Below the pieces are notes generated by a model. It was not told the DNA's origin. It searched no databases and worked only from the letters and a program-made list of their open reading frames with translations. Made by a program: the position numbers and the translations under genes. Of a stretch of 64,000 nucleotides of DNA, positions 24,680-34,198 are shown piece by piece; the first letter of the stretch is position 1; every line of letters starts with the position of its first letter. This DNA is from Pseudomonadota bacterium (GTDB lineage: Bacteria > Pseudomonadota > Gammaproteobacteria > Burkholderiales > Burkholderiaceae_C). Location of the stretch: assembly GCA_041169085.1 (NCBI GenBank), contig JBEEJT010000218.1:15596-79595 (forward strand). Direction: 5' to 3'.

Positions 24680-26170
24680 TCAGGCGTTCAGCACTTCCTG
24701 CGCAGCCCGCTCGCCTGAGCGCACCGCGCCTTCCATGTAGCCCGACCAGGCCGTGGCCGTTTCCGTGCCCGCCCAGTGCACGCGGCCGATGGCTTGGCGC
24801 CACACGTCCTTGAACTGCGTGAGCACCCCCGGCGGGCACACGCCGGTGTAGCCACCCTGGCTGTACGCCTCGGCTTGCCAGTTCACTTCCAGGTACGCCT
24901 TGGGCGAGGCCGCTTCGTTGCCAAAGTAGGCCGTGAAGGCCTTGATGACGGCGGCTTTGCGGTCGGCTGCGCTCATCAACGAGGCGTCGATGGCGTCCTG
25001 GCCTTCGATGAAGCCCAGCATCACGCCGGGCGCGCCTTCGCCGGGCGGCGTGCTGTCGAAGGTCACCTTGGTGATGTGGTCGTCGCTGGTGACCTGGCCG
25101 TTGAGGCCGGCGTCGCGCCAGAAGGGCCGCTCGTACACCGCAAAGGCCTTCCACACCGAGCCCATGGGCACGCGCTGCATCAGCTGGGTGCGCACCTGCA
25201 TGGCGCCGTCCAGCGGCTGGAAGTCGATGCGCTGCGCCATGGCCGGCGACATGGCCACCACCACACGCTGCGCTTGCACGCTGAAGCCGTCGCCTTCGAT
25301 GCGCACGCCCTGCGCGCTTTGGGTGACGCGCTTGACCCCGGCGTTGTAGAGGATGCGTTCGCCCAGGCTGCGGGCCATGCCCTGAGCGATCAACTGCGAG
25401 CCGCCCACCACCTGGTCTTGCTGGGCGCCCCCCGTGGTGCTCAGCAGCAGGGTGAGGCCACCCGACATGCGCGCGTACCAAAGGAAATGCAGCATCGAGA
25501 TCGAGGCCGGCTCGGTCGACAGCAAGGCCAACACCGCCACACGCAACAGGTTGCGTGCGTCCTTGTTGCCCACGTTTTTGTCGATCCAGGTCTGCACGCT
25601 CATGCTGTCGAGCGCCACGGCGTTGCTGGCCGTCCAGGGTGTGTCGGGGGGCAGCTTGGCCGCCAGGTTGTCGAGGTTGAGCAGGGCGGTGCCCGCGCTC
25701 AACAGCGCCAGGGGGTTGGCCGTGGGCAGCACCCCTTTGTAGGTCGTGCGCCGGCCGTTCATCAGGTTCACCAACCGGCCCGTGTCGAAGATGGGGGAGG
25801 TCTGCAGGCCGAACTCGGCACACAGGGCATACATGCGCTCTTGGGTGGGGCCCAGGAACTGTGCCCCTGCGGCCACCACCCACTTGTCGTAAGGGGCGGG
25901 CAGGGGCTGGTTCCAGCAACGGCCGCCCACGCGGTCTCGCCCTTCGACCACCAGCACCTGCTTGCCTGCGGCCACCAGGCTGCGGGCACAGGCCAGGCCG
26001 GCATAACCGGCGCCCAGGACGGCCACCTCGGTGGTGTAGCTGCCGCGCGCCGAGGCCACCGTGGCCGATTGCGCGGGGCCGGTGCCCAAGGCGCTGAGGG
26101 TGGGCAGGGCGGCCAGCGAGGTGGCGGTGCGCCCGATCCAGCGGCGGCGTGCGTTCTGTGGTGTCGACAT
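24680..26170 (-). CDS. Flavin monoamine oxidase family protein with predicted Tat signal
   Basis: ARRRWIG twin-Arg leader, GAGYAG, EGRDRVGGR, GAQFLGPTQ, WAGTETA, GYMEGAVRSGERAA. Confidence 0.88.
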   Translation of the reverse strand: MSTPQNARRRWIGRTATSLAALPTLSALGTGPAQSATVASARGSYTTEVAVLGAGYAGLACARSLVAAGKQVLVVEGRDRVGGRCWNQPLPAPYDKWVVAAGAQFLGPTQERMYALCAEFGLQTSPIFDTGRLVNLMNGRRTTYKGVLPTANPLALLSAGTALLNLDNLAAKLPPDTPWTASNAVALDSMSVQTWIDKNVGNKDARNLLRVAVLALLSTEPASISMLHFLWYARMSGGLTLLLSTTGGAQQDQVVGGSQLIAQGMARSLGERILYNAGVKRVTQSAQGVRIEGDGFSVQAQRVVVAMSPAMAQRIDFQPLDGAMQVRTQLMQRVPMGSVWKAFAVYERPFWRDAGLNGQVTSDDHITKVTFDSTPPGEGAPGVMLGFIEGQDAIDASLMSAADRKAAVIKAFTAYFGNEAASPKAYLEVNWQAEAYSQGGYTGVCPPGVLTQFKDVWRQAIGRVHWAGTETATAWSGYMEGAVRSGERAAQEVLNA

Positions 26171-26475
26171 GGCGGAGGGCGCCACTTCAGGCGCTGGGTT
26201 GGCAAAAGGGGGCGCGTGGCCCGTCGGTCGAGCCAGTTTCACCAAGTCGAAGTGGCGTCGCCCTGGTGATTCGCCCCAGAGGCGCGTGTGTCAGGGGTGA
26301 AGTGGTGACAGACCAGCTCCCTGAGCGTCGGTGCAGTCAAAGCCGTGAACTGGGTGCCCAAGGCCATGCCATTTCCACCTTTGCGGCATGGCCGTTCCGC
26401 TCCAATCAAGCCAGGGCCCTCGTCAATCGCTTCAGGCCGAGGTTGCGCTTTTTGCCCGCACCGCCACCCGATGCC

Positions 26476-28290
26476 ATGCCCACCATGACCGCACACCAGC
26501 CCATCGTGTCATCGCCAACCGCCAAGCCCACCCCCAAGCAGCCCAAGGCAGAGGGCACGCCCCGCCGTGAGGCCGACCTCACGATGGAGTACCTGCTGCG
26601 GCGCATGAAGCACAAAAGCGACTTCCCGGCTTTGTCCACGTCGATGTCGCGCGTGCAAAACCTGGCGCAGTCCGACACCGACAACATGCAGACCTTGTGC
26701 GACGAGGTGCTGCAAGACGTCGCCCTCACGCAAAAGCTGCTGCGCCTGGTCAACACCGCCCACTTCCGCCGTGCGGGCACCGACCCCATCAGCACCGTTT
26801 CGCGGGCCGTGGCCCTCATCGGTGCGGGCGGGGTGCGCAACCTGGCGATGTCCTTGATGCTGCTCGACCGCATGGAAGACAAGGTCCATGCCAAGCAACT
26901 CAAGGCCGAGTTCCTGCGCACGGTGATGGCCGGCACGATCGCCAGCGAACTGTCGTCTTCACCGCGGCAAGCCGAGCAAGCCTACCTGGCGGCCATGTTC
27001 CGCAACCTGGGCCGCCTGTTGGTGCACTTCTACCTGCCTGAAGACGCCGAACAAATCCGCGCGCAATGTGTGCCTTTGGCCAAAGGCGGGCCCGGCCTGG
27101 ATGAGCGCCAGGCCGCCTTGCGGGTCTTGGGTGTGGGCATGGACCAATTGGGTGACAAGGTGGCCGAAATGTGGGGCCTGGCGCCCGAGCTGCGCGCGGC
27201 CATGCTCGACCCAGGCTCCGACCTGCCTCGGCGAGACCTGCATGGCCAGCCCGATTTCCTGCGCTGGCTGGCCTCGGTCTCCAACGAAGCCACCGATTGC
27301 CTGATGCACAGCGACCCCGCCGCGCTGGGCGACTCGCTGATGGCCGTGCAAGGCCGCTACGCCATGCCGTTGAACCTGCGTGGCACCGTCTTGCAAGACG
27401 CCGCGGGCCGGTCACGCAAGCGCCTCACCGAACTCACGCAGGCGCTGCAAATGGCCGTGCCCCGCGAGGTCGAAGTCGAGCGCTTGCTCGACGCCTACTA
27501 CGTGGACACGCCGCCGAACCAGCCCGTTCAAGTGGAAGTGCCAGCGGCCTCGGCCGGGGGGCAAGCCATATCCGTGGCCGAAGACACGTCGCCACACCTG
27601 CGCACCGCCGTCAACTCGAACCGCACGCCGGACGGCTTTGCCGACAGCGCTTACGTCAAGACCGTGGTGGGCCGCCCGGACGACGAGCTGGGCCTGCCAC
27701 CGCAAATGCCCGCGGTGGCCACGCCCATGCCCTTGCCGGACCAGACGGTGGCCAACGTCCTGACCAACGGCATCCAGGACTTGACCAACACCCTGCTGGA
27801 GACCTTCAAGCTCAATGACGTGCTCCAGGTGGTGCTGGAGACCATCTACCGCGGCCTGGAGTGTCAGTGCGTGGTGTTTTGCCTGCGCGACCCGCGCAGC
27901 AACCAGCTGTTGGGGCGCCTGGCCATTGGCGAAGACGCCGACATCGTCAAGGCCGCCTTCAAGGTGCCCCTGACACCGGTGGCCGGGCAGCCGCCCGACC
28001 TGTTCAGCGTGGTCTGCCTCAAGCACGCCGACTTGCTGATCGACGATGCCAGTGAAGCCGGCATCCGCGCCAAGCTGCCCAACTGGTACCTCAAGCATGT
28101 GGGGGCCCCCACCTTCCTCTTGCTGCCATTGGTGCTCAAGCGCAAGGGGCAGGGCGATGTGGTGCTGGGCTTGATCTACGCAGACCGCGGCGAGGCCGGC
28201 ACCTTCCAGGTGCGCGACCGTGAGTTGTCGCTGCTGCGCACCCTGCGCAACCAGGCGCTGATGGCCTTCAAACAGACCACGGGCCAGTGA
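26476..28290 (+). CDS. HDOD-domain signalling protein with C-terminal GAF-like domain
   Basis: SDFPALS, DVALTQKLLRLVN, ISTVSRAVALIG, AMFRNLGRL; C-terminal LETIYRGL...GLIYAD. The start may be 26485. Confidence 0.78.
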   Translation: MPTMTAHQPIVSSPTAKPTPKQPKAEGTPRREADLTMEYLLRRMKHKSDFPALSTSMSRVQNLAQSDTDNMQTLCDEVLQDVALTQKLLRLVNTAHFRRAGTDPISTVSRAVALIGAGGVRNLAMSLMLLDRMEDKVHAKQLKAEFLRTVMAGTIASELSSSPRQAEQAYLAAMFRNLGRLLVHFYLPEDAEQIRAQCVPLAKGGPGLDERQAALRVLGVGMDQLGDKVAEMWGLAPELRAAMLDPGSDLPRRDLHGQPDFLRWLASVSNEATDCLMHSDPAALGDSLMAVQGRYAMPLNLRGTVLQDAAGRSRKRLTELTQALQMAVPREVEVERLLDAYYVDTPPNQPVQVEVPAASAGGQAISVAEDTSPHLRTAVNSNRTPDGFADSAYVKTVVGRPDDELGLPPQMPAVATPMPLPDQTVANVLTNGIQDLTNTLLETFKLNDVLQVVLETIYRGLECQCVVFCLRDPRSNQLLGRLAIGEDADIVKAAFKVPLTPVAGQPPDLFSVVCLKHADLLIDDASEAGIRAKLPNWYLKHVGAPTFLLLPLVLKRKGQGDVVLGLIYADRGEAGTFQVRDRELSLLRTLRNQALMAFKQTTGQ

Positions 28291-28308
28291 GCGCGGATAA
28301 TCGCGCCC

Positions 28309-28779
28309 ATGTTCCGCATCGTCCTGGTCGAACCCGAGATCCCGCCCAACACGGGCAACGTCATCCGCCTGGCGGCCAACACTGGCTGCGAGCTGCACCT
28401 CATCGAGCCTTTGGGCTTTTCGATGGACGACAAGCTGCTGCGCCGCGCGGGCCTCGATTACCACGAGTACGCCACCGTCAAGCGGCACGCCAATTGGGCG
28501 GCCTTCGTGGCGTCTGAGCAGCCCGACATGGCGCGGGTCTTCGCGTTCACGACGCGCGGCAGTCGGCCCTTCCATGAGCCCGCCTGGCAAAAGGGCGACT
28601 GGCTGGTGTTCGGCGCCGAATCACGCGGGCTGGACCCAGCCTTGCGCGACGGCTTTCCCCTGGCGCAGCGCGTGCGCCTGCCCATGCTGCCCGACCAGCG
28701 CAGCCTCAACCTGAGCAACGCCGTGGCCGTGGCCGTGTTCGAAGCCTGGCGCCAAAACGGCTACGCAGGCAGCAGCTGA
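28309..28779 (+). CDS. trmL: tRNA (cytidine/uridine-34-2'-O)-methyltransferase
   Basis: EPEIPPNTGNVIRL, RRAGLDYHE, FGAESRGL, RSLNLSNAVA. Confidence 0.95.
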   Translation: MFRIVLVEPEIPPNTGNVIRLAANTGCELHLIEPLGFSMDDKLLRRAGLDYHEYATVKRHANWAAFVASEQPDMARVFAFTTRGSRPFHEPAWQKGDWLVFGAESRGLDPALRDGFPLAQRVRLPMLPDQRSLNLSNAVAVAVFEAWRQNGYAGSS

Positions 28780-28795
28780 GCGCGCCTGGCGCGCC

Positions 28796-29800
28796 TCAGA
28801 CCTCTGCGCGTGCCTCGCGGCGCATCAGCGCCATCACGGCCTGAGCGGGCGTCAGCGTGCCTTCCAGCACACCCACCACCGCTTCGGTGATGGGCATGGC
28901 CACGCCCAGTTGCCGGGCGCGTTCCCACACCGTTGCCGCACTGTAGACGCCCTCGGCCACGTGGCCCAGTTCGGCCACGATGGTGGCCAGCGGCTTGCCC
29001 GAAGCCAGCTGCAAGCCCACCGTGCGGTTGCGCGAGAGGTGGCCGGTGGCGGTCAAGACCAGGTCGCCCAGGCCCGAAAGGCCCATGAAGGTGTCGGTGC
29101 GGGCGCCCAGGGCCACGCCCAGGCGGGTCATTTCGGCCAGGCCACGCGTGATCAAGGCGGCGCGGGCGTTGAGGCCCAGGTCCATGCCATCGACGATGCC
29201 GGTGGCGATCGCCAGCACGTTTTTCACCGCACCGCCCACTTCCACGCCCACCGGGTCAGGCGAGGTGTAGACGCGCAAGGTCTCGCTGTGGAAGGCCGCC
29301 ACGGCCTGCTCGCACAGCTGGGCGTCGGCGCTGGCCGCCACCAGGGCGGTGGGCTGGCCTTGCGCCACTTCCAGCGCAAAGCTGGGGCCCGAGAGCACGC
29401 CGGCGCGCACCTGGGGCCGCACGGCCTGAGCCACTTCATGGCCCAGACGGCCGGTGCCTTTCTCGAAGCCCTTGCACAGCCACAAGGCGCGCGCCTGCTC
29501 GGGCAGCCGCGCCAGCAGGCCGGCCAGGCCCGCCATGGGCGAAGCCAGCACAAGCAGGCCATCGGCGGCCACCACGGCGGCGACGGTCGCGTCGAAGTCG
29601 GCGCTCAGTTGCAGGGCGTCTGGGAAGGGGACGGCGGCCAGGTAGCGGGCGTTGAGGCGCGCCTGGGCCATCTCGGCCACCTGGGCGGGGTCACGCGCCC
29701 AGAGCGTCACCTGGGGGTTGTGGCGGGCGGCGCTGATGGCCAGGGCTGTGCCCCATGCACCAGCGCCCAGCACCGCGATGGGCCTGAGTTCGGCTGCCAC
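28796..29800 (-). CDS. gpsA: NAD(P)H-dependent glycerol-3-phosphate dehydrogenase
   Basis: [39 protein letters not shown]; GTG start. Confidence 0.95.
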   Translation of the reverse strand: MAAELRPIAVLGAGAWGTALAISAARHNPQVTLWARDPAQVAEMAQARLNARYLAAVPFPDALQLSADFDATVAAVVAADGLLVLASPMAGLAGLLARLPEQARALWLCKGFEKGTGRLGHEVAQAVRPQVRAGVLSGPSFALEVAQGQPTALVAASADAQLCEQAVAAFHSETLRVYTSPDPVGVEVGGAVKNVLAIATGIVDGMDLGLNARAALITRGLAEMTRLGVALGARTDTFMGLSGLGDLVLTATGHLSRNRTVGLQLASGKPLATIVAELGHVAEGVYSAATVWERARQLGVAMPITEAVVGVLEGTLTPAQAVMALMRREARAEV

Positions 29801-29897
29801 GTGTGTCAGTTCAATGCAGATCGGCGCGGTGGCGCCGGTCGTGGGCCTGCCTCAATCGGCCGGCCCGCGCACCCCGAGGGGTGCGGGCGGCTGGCCT

Positions 29898-30359
29898 TCA
29901 GGCCTGGCCGACTTGGCCAGCGGCGGCTTGTTGCAGCTGGGCTTCGTACATGGCCTGGAAGTTCACTTCGGTCAGGTGCACGGGCGGGAAGCCGGTGCGG
30001 TTGATCACGTCGGCCACGGTGGCGCGCAGGTAGGGGTAGACGATCTGCGGGCAGGCGATGGCGATGATCGGCTGCATCTGGTCTTGCGGCACGTTGCGGA
30101 TCTCGAAGATGCCGGCTTGCTTGGCTTCCACCAGGAACAGCACCTTGTCGCCCAGCTTGGCGGTCACGGTGGCGGTCACGGCCACTTCATAGATGGCGTC
30201 GGCCACGATGGGTTCGGCGTGCAGGTTCAGTTGCACGTCGATTTGCGGCTGGCCTTGCTCCAGCAGGATGGCCGGGGCGTTGGGCAGCTCGACGGACAGG
30301 TCCTTCAGGTAGATGCGCTGGATGGCAAAGCTGGGCTGGTTGTTGGCCTGTTCGGTCAT
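29898..30359 (-). CDS. secB: Protein-export chaperone SecB
   Basis: [39 protein letters not shown]. Confidence 0.95.
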   Translation of the reverse strand: MTEQANNQPSFAIQRIYLKDLSVELPNAPAILLEQGQPQIDVQLNLHAEPIVADAIYEVAVTATVTAKLGDKVLFLVEAKQAGIFEIRNVPQDQMQPIIAIACPQIVYPYLRATVADVINRTGFPPVHLTEVNFQAMYEAQLQQAAAGQVGQA

Positions 30360-30536
30360 GGTGAAAGTTTCCTCGTTGATGTGTGGTGTGCGAGCCAGGC
30401 GGGCGCAACAAGCGCCGCATGAAGTCCAAGCCAAACGCAGACAGCCACGAAACTGGCGGTGGATTATGGCTCAGGGCCGTGACCACTCGGCGACACGGCG
30501 CACAGGGTTTGCGCCGGGGCAGAAGCCCGGGCCACC

Positions 30537-30575
30537 AGAACAAGGGGCCCGGTGGCGACTGGCGCCACGGGCCCC
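30537..30575 (-). terminator. Probable intrinsic terminator of the monooxygenase gene
   Basis: GGGGCCC-G-GTGGCG...CGCCAC-GGGCCCC stem followed on the minus strand by TTGTTCT. Confidence 0.55.
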
Positions 30576-30614
30576 GGGTGCACTGAGCGCCTGAGCGGCC
30601 TCAGTTCAGTTGGA

Positions 30615-32093
30615 TCAGGCGGCCTTGCGCTGAGCGGCCTGCACGCTGCCGGCCTTGGTGAAGGCCATCACGCCGTCTTCCAGCTTGCCGTTGTGCAGCT
30701 GCTCGCGGTCCATGGCGTAGTTCTGGTAGAGCTTCCAGGGGGCGCGGTCGGCGCCCTTGGGCAGCTCGTGGGCCACGCGGGCCACGTAGCCCGAAGTCAT
30801 GTCCAGCAGCGGGGCTTCCTTCACGTCGGGCGTGCGGATGGGCTGGGCGATCTGGTTGCCGGACTTGTCCATGTGCTTGAGCATGCGGCACAGGTATTCG
30901 GCGATCAGGTCGGCCTTCAGCGTCCACGAAGCGTTGGTGTAGCCCAGCGTGTTCGTGAAGTTGGGGATGTCGTTGAACATCAGGCCCTTGTACGAGATGT
31001 GGTTGGCGATGTTGAGCGCCTGGCCGTCCTTGCTCAGCTGCATGCCGCCGAACATCTGCAATTGCAGGCCGGTGGCGGTCACGATGATGTCGGCTTCCAG
31101 CGTCTGGCCCGACTTCAGCTGGATGCCCTTGTCCACGAAGCGGTCGATGTGGTCGGTCACCACAGAAGCCTTGCCACGGCGCAGGGCTTTGAACAGGTCG
31201 CCATTGGGCACGGCGCACAGGCGCTGGTCCCAGGGGTTGTACGGCGGCGTGAAGTGCTTCATGTCGAAGTCCGGGCCGACCTGCACCTTCACTTGCTTGA
31301 GCAGCAGCTTGCGCATGAAGTTGGGGTACTTGCGCGACAGCTTGAAGATGCCCTGGGTGATGAAATTGTTGCGGGCTCGGCTGATGTTGTAGACCGTCAT
31401 CTCCGGCAGGAACTTCAGCAGGAAGCGCACCATCGGGTCGAACTGAGGCACCGAGATCACGTAGCTGGGCGTGCGCTGCAGCATGGTCACGTGGCCGGCC
31501 TTGTCGGTCATCGAGGGGATCAGGGTGATGGCCGTGGCGCCCGAGCCGATCACGACCACGCGCTTGCCGCTGTAGTCGAGGTTCTCAGGCCAGAATTGCG
31601 GGTGAATCAGCTGACCCTTGAAGGTGTCGAGGCCGGGGAAGTCGGGCGTGAAGCCTTGCTCGTAGTTGTAGTAGCCCGAGCACATGTGCAGCCAGTTGCA
31701 GGTCAGCTGCGTGGTTTCGCCGCTCTTCTTCTGGCAGGTCACCGTCCAGCGGGCGGTGGCGCTGTCCCAATCGGCCTTGACGACCTTGTGGCCGTAGCGC
31801 ACCTTGCTGTCGAAGCCGCCGTCACGGGCCACTTCCTTGATGTAGTTGCGGATGCGGCCGCCGTCGGCGATCACCTGCTTTTCGGTCCAGGGCTTGAAGT
31901 TGTAGCCCAGGGTGTACATGTCCGAGTCGGAACGGATGCCGGGGTAGCGGAACAGGTCCCAGGTGCCGCCCATCGTGTCGCGACCTTCCAGGATGGCGAA
32001 GGTCTTCTCGGGGCAGTTCTTGCGCAGGTGGTGCGCAGCGCCAATGCCGGACAGGCCAGCGCCCACGATCAGGACATCAAAATGTTCGGACAT
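30615..32093 (-). CDS. FAD/NAD(P)H-dependent monooxygenase (EthA-like Baeyer-Villiger type)
   Basis: GAGLSG, GGTWDLFRYPGIRSDSD, BVMO fingerprint FKGQLIHPQFWP, GSGATA, ATGL; start MSEHFDV. Confidence 0.9.
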   Translation of the reverse strand: MSEHFDVLIVGAGLSGIGAAHHLRKNCPEKTFAILEGRDTMGGTWDLFRYPGIRSDSDMYTLGYNFKPWTEKQVIADGGRIRNYIKEVARDGGFDSKVRYGHKVVKADWDSATARWTVTCQKKSGETTQLTCNWLHMCSGYYNYEQGFTPDFPGLDTFKGQLIHPQFWPENLDYSGKRVVVIGSGATAITLIPSMTDKAGHVTMLQRTPSYVISVPQFDPMVRFLLKFLPEMTVYNISRARNNFITQGIFKLSRKYPNFMRKLLLKQVKVQVGPDFDMKHFTPPYNPWDQRLCAVPNGDLFKALRRGKASVVTDHIDRFVDKGIQLKSGQTLEADIIVTATGLQLQMFGGMQLSKDGQALNIANHISYKGLMFNDIPNFTNTLGYTNASWTLKADLIAEYLCRMLKHMDKSGNQIAQPIRTPDVKEAPLLDMTSGYVARVAHELPKGADRAPWKLYQNYAMDREQLHNGKLEDGVMAFTKAGSVQAAQRKAA

Positions 32094-32354
32094 GCCAAGG
32101 TCTCCAGGTCTCAACCCGTCGTGCGGGCTTTTGGGTCTGATTCGCGACAAACCCGTTGAAAGAATGGGCGGACTGTACAACTGAAAACGATCATTGTCAA
32201 AATCGTTTCGTGGCGATTGTGCTAGCGCCGATCCCGTGGACTGGATGATGCGCGGCCCAGGCGACCCACAACGGGAGCTTGCACGACAGCATGGGAAGGG
32301 CGGCCGACAGCACCCCGACATGCGGGCCCCAAAAATTCACGCTTTCCATGGGGA

Positions 32355-32387
32355 AACGCCCACGGTGCGGGTTCGCACGTGGGCGTT
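32355..32387 (-). terminator. Long stem-loop downstream of grxC (terminator-like)
   Basis: AACGCCCAC-G-GTGCG/GGTT/CGCAC-GTGGGCGTT; the T tract is weak. Confidence 0.4.
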
Positions 32388-32432
32388 GAACGAGGGTGAA
32401 GCGGTGAGGCCCGAGGGCCCCGGGGGGGCGAT

Positions 32433-32693
32433 TCAGGCGCCCTGGAGCAGCGGCATCAGGCCGCCGCGCTGGTCGAGGGCCATCAGGTCGTCGCAGCCGC
32501 CCACGTGGGTGTCGCCGATGAAGATTTGCGGCACCGTGCGGCGGCCGGTGATGGCCACCATGTGGTCACGCTGGGCCGGGTCCAGGTCGACGCGCACTTC
32601 GTCGATGGTCGTCACGCCCCTCTGCTGCAGCAGGGCCTTGGCCCGCACGCAGTAGGGACAGACCTGGGTGGTGTACATCTTGACGGCTTGCAT
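32433..32693 (-). CDS. grxC: Glutaredoxin 3
   Basis: CPYC, TVPQIFIG, GGCDDL. Confidence 0.95.
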   Translation of the reverse strand: MQAVKMYTTQVCPYCVRAKALLQQRGVTTIDEVRVDLDPAQRDHMVAITGRRTVPQIFIGDTHVGGCDDLMALDQRGGLMPLLQGA

Positions 32694-32784
32694 GGTGGTG
32701 ACGCTGGGTAGAGGGCGGGTTCAAATTCAGGCGGGTGTCGCCATTGTCTCGCCACCCGCAAGCCTGCAACGGCGGTCAGGCTTT

Positions 32785-33204
32785 TCAGGCTTTCTCGGTG
32801 GGCAGGTTGGCTTCGCGCCAGGCCTTGAGGCCACCGGCCAGCGACTGGGCGTTTTCGTAGCCCAGCTTCTGCAGTTCGGCGACGGCCTTTTTCGAGCGCA
32901 TGCCGCTGGCGCAAACGACCACCAGCGGGATCTTCTTGTTCGAAGGCAGGCCCTTGCCCTCACCGAGCTGGTCGAGCGGCACGTTCTTGGCGCCCGCCAC
33001 GTGGCCGGCGGCGAATTCCTGTGGCGAGCACACGTCGATCACCTGGGCCTTCTCGCGGTTGATCAGCTGCACGGCCAGGGCGGGAGAAACGGCGCCGGAC
33101 AGGTCGCCTTCCTGGAACTTCTGCCACAGCAACATGCCGCCGGAGCCGATGGCGGCCAGCGCCCAGTACCAGTTGTCGGCCAGGAAGTTGGTGGGGGTGC
33201 TCAT
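32785..33204 (-). CDS. Rhodanese-like domain protein (YibN-like)
   Basis: N-terminal TM helix, GHVAGAKNVP, VCASGMRS, LAGGLKAW; position upstream of grxC is typical. Confidence 0.88.
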   Translation of the reverse strand: MSTPTNFLADNWYWALAAIGSGGMLLWQKFQEGDLSGAVSPALAVQLINREKAQVIDVCSPQEFAAGHVAGAKNVPLDQLGEGKGLPSNKKIPLVVVCASGMRSKKAVAELQKLGYENAQSLAGGLKAWREANLPTEKA

Positions 33205-33360
33205 GCGAGGGGGGCTTTCGGGTGGGGCCGTGAGTGGCCTGACGGGTGGAACGTCAAGGAAGGGGGGACAGGCCACTGGCCTGCGGGCAAGCCGGGATTA
33301 TAAAATCGAGGGCTTTTCACCCTGTGCCCACCCAGGCACACCCCTTTTGAGGCTGCCGAC

Positions 33361-34104
33361 ATGTACAAGCTCGTGCTGATCCGCCACGGCGAATCGACCT
33401 GGAACCTGGAAAACCGTTTCACTGGCTGGACCGATGTCGAGCTGACCCCCACCGGCGTGTCGCAGGCCATGTCGGCCGGCAAGCTGCTCAAGGCCGAAGG
33501 CTACGAGTTTGACGTGGCCTACACCTCGGTGCTCAAGCGCGCCATCCACACGCTGAACTACGCGCTCGACGAGATGGATTGCAGCTGGTTGCCCGTGGTG
33601 AAAGATTGGCGCCTCAACGAGCGCCACTACGGTGGCCTGCAAGGCCTGACCCAGGCCGACATGGCCCAGCACTATGGCGACGAGCAGGAGCTGATCTGGC
33701 GCCGCAGCTACGACACCCCGCCGCCCGCCCTGGAAGCCACCGACCCGCGCGGCCAGCGCCAGGACAAGCGCTACGCCAAGCTCAACCCCGAGCTGGTGCC
33801 CCTGACCGAGTGCCTGAAGGACACCGTGGCCCGCGTGGTGCCTTACTGGACGGAAGTGCTCGGCCCGGCCATCCAGTCGGGTCAGCGCATCGTGATCGCT
33901 GCGCACGGCAACTCGATCCGCGCCCTGATCAAGTACCTGGACAACATCAGCGACAGCGACATCGTCAGTCTCAACATCCCCAACGGCATCCCGCTGGTGT
34001 ACGAGCTCGACGCCAACCTCAAGCCCATCAAGCACTACTACCTGGGCGACGCCGAAGCCGCTGCAGCGGCTGCTGCCGCCGTGGCCAAGCAAGGCAAGGC
34101 CTGA
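33361..34104 (+). CDS. gpmA: 2,3-BPG-dependent phosphoglycerate mutase
   Basis: RHGES, RFTGW, LNERHYG, WRRSYD, AHGNS; anomalous GLTQ in place of GLNK (see findings). Confidence 0.93.
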   Translation: MYKLVLIRHGESTWNLENRFTGWTDVELTPTGVSQAMSAGKLLKAEGYEFDVAYTSVLKRAIHTLNYALDEMDCSWLPVVKDWRLNERHYGGLQGLTQADMAQHYGDEQELIWRRSYDTPPPALEATDPRGQRQDKRYAKLNPELVPLTECLKDTVARVVPYWTEVLGPAIQSGQRIVIAAHGNSIRALIKYLDNISDSDIVSLNIPNGIPLVYELDANLKPIKHYYLGDAEAAAAAAAAVAKQGKA

Positions 34105-34171
34105 TGAAAACGCCACGCGGGCCTGGTGGCCGGCGTGGCGATGCCGGGGCTGTGAGCCCAGGTTCTCAATG

Positions 34172-34198
34172 GGGGGCGCGCAGGCGCCCCCTTGTCGT
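34172..34198. terminator. GC-rich hairpin between convergent gpmA and the tail-collar gene
   Basis: GGGGGCGC-GCAG-GCGCCCCC followed by TTGTCGTT. Confidence 0.55.

Noticed and set aside
32094-32432. Small RNA or small ORF in the 339-bp grxC-BVMO spacer (also the 26171-26475 and 61743-62014 spacers)
   Set aside because: I recognised no Rfam-like motif, tRNA cloverleaf or ORF with a good RBS; the content is explained by promoters and hairpins. An Infernal search would be needed to exclude an ncRNA.
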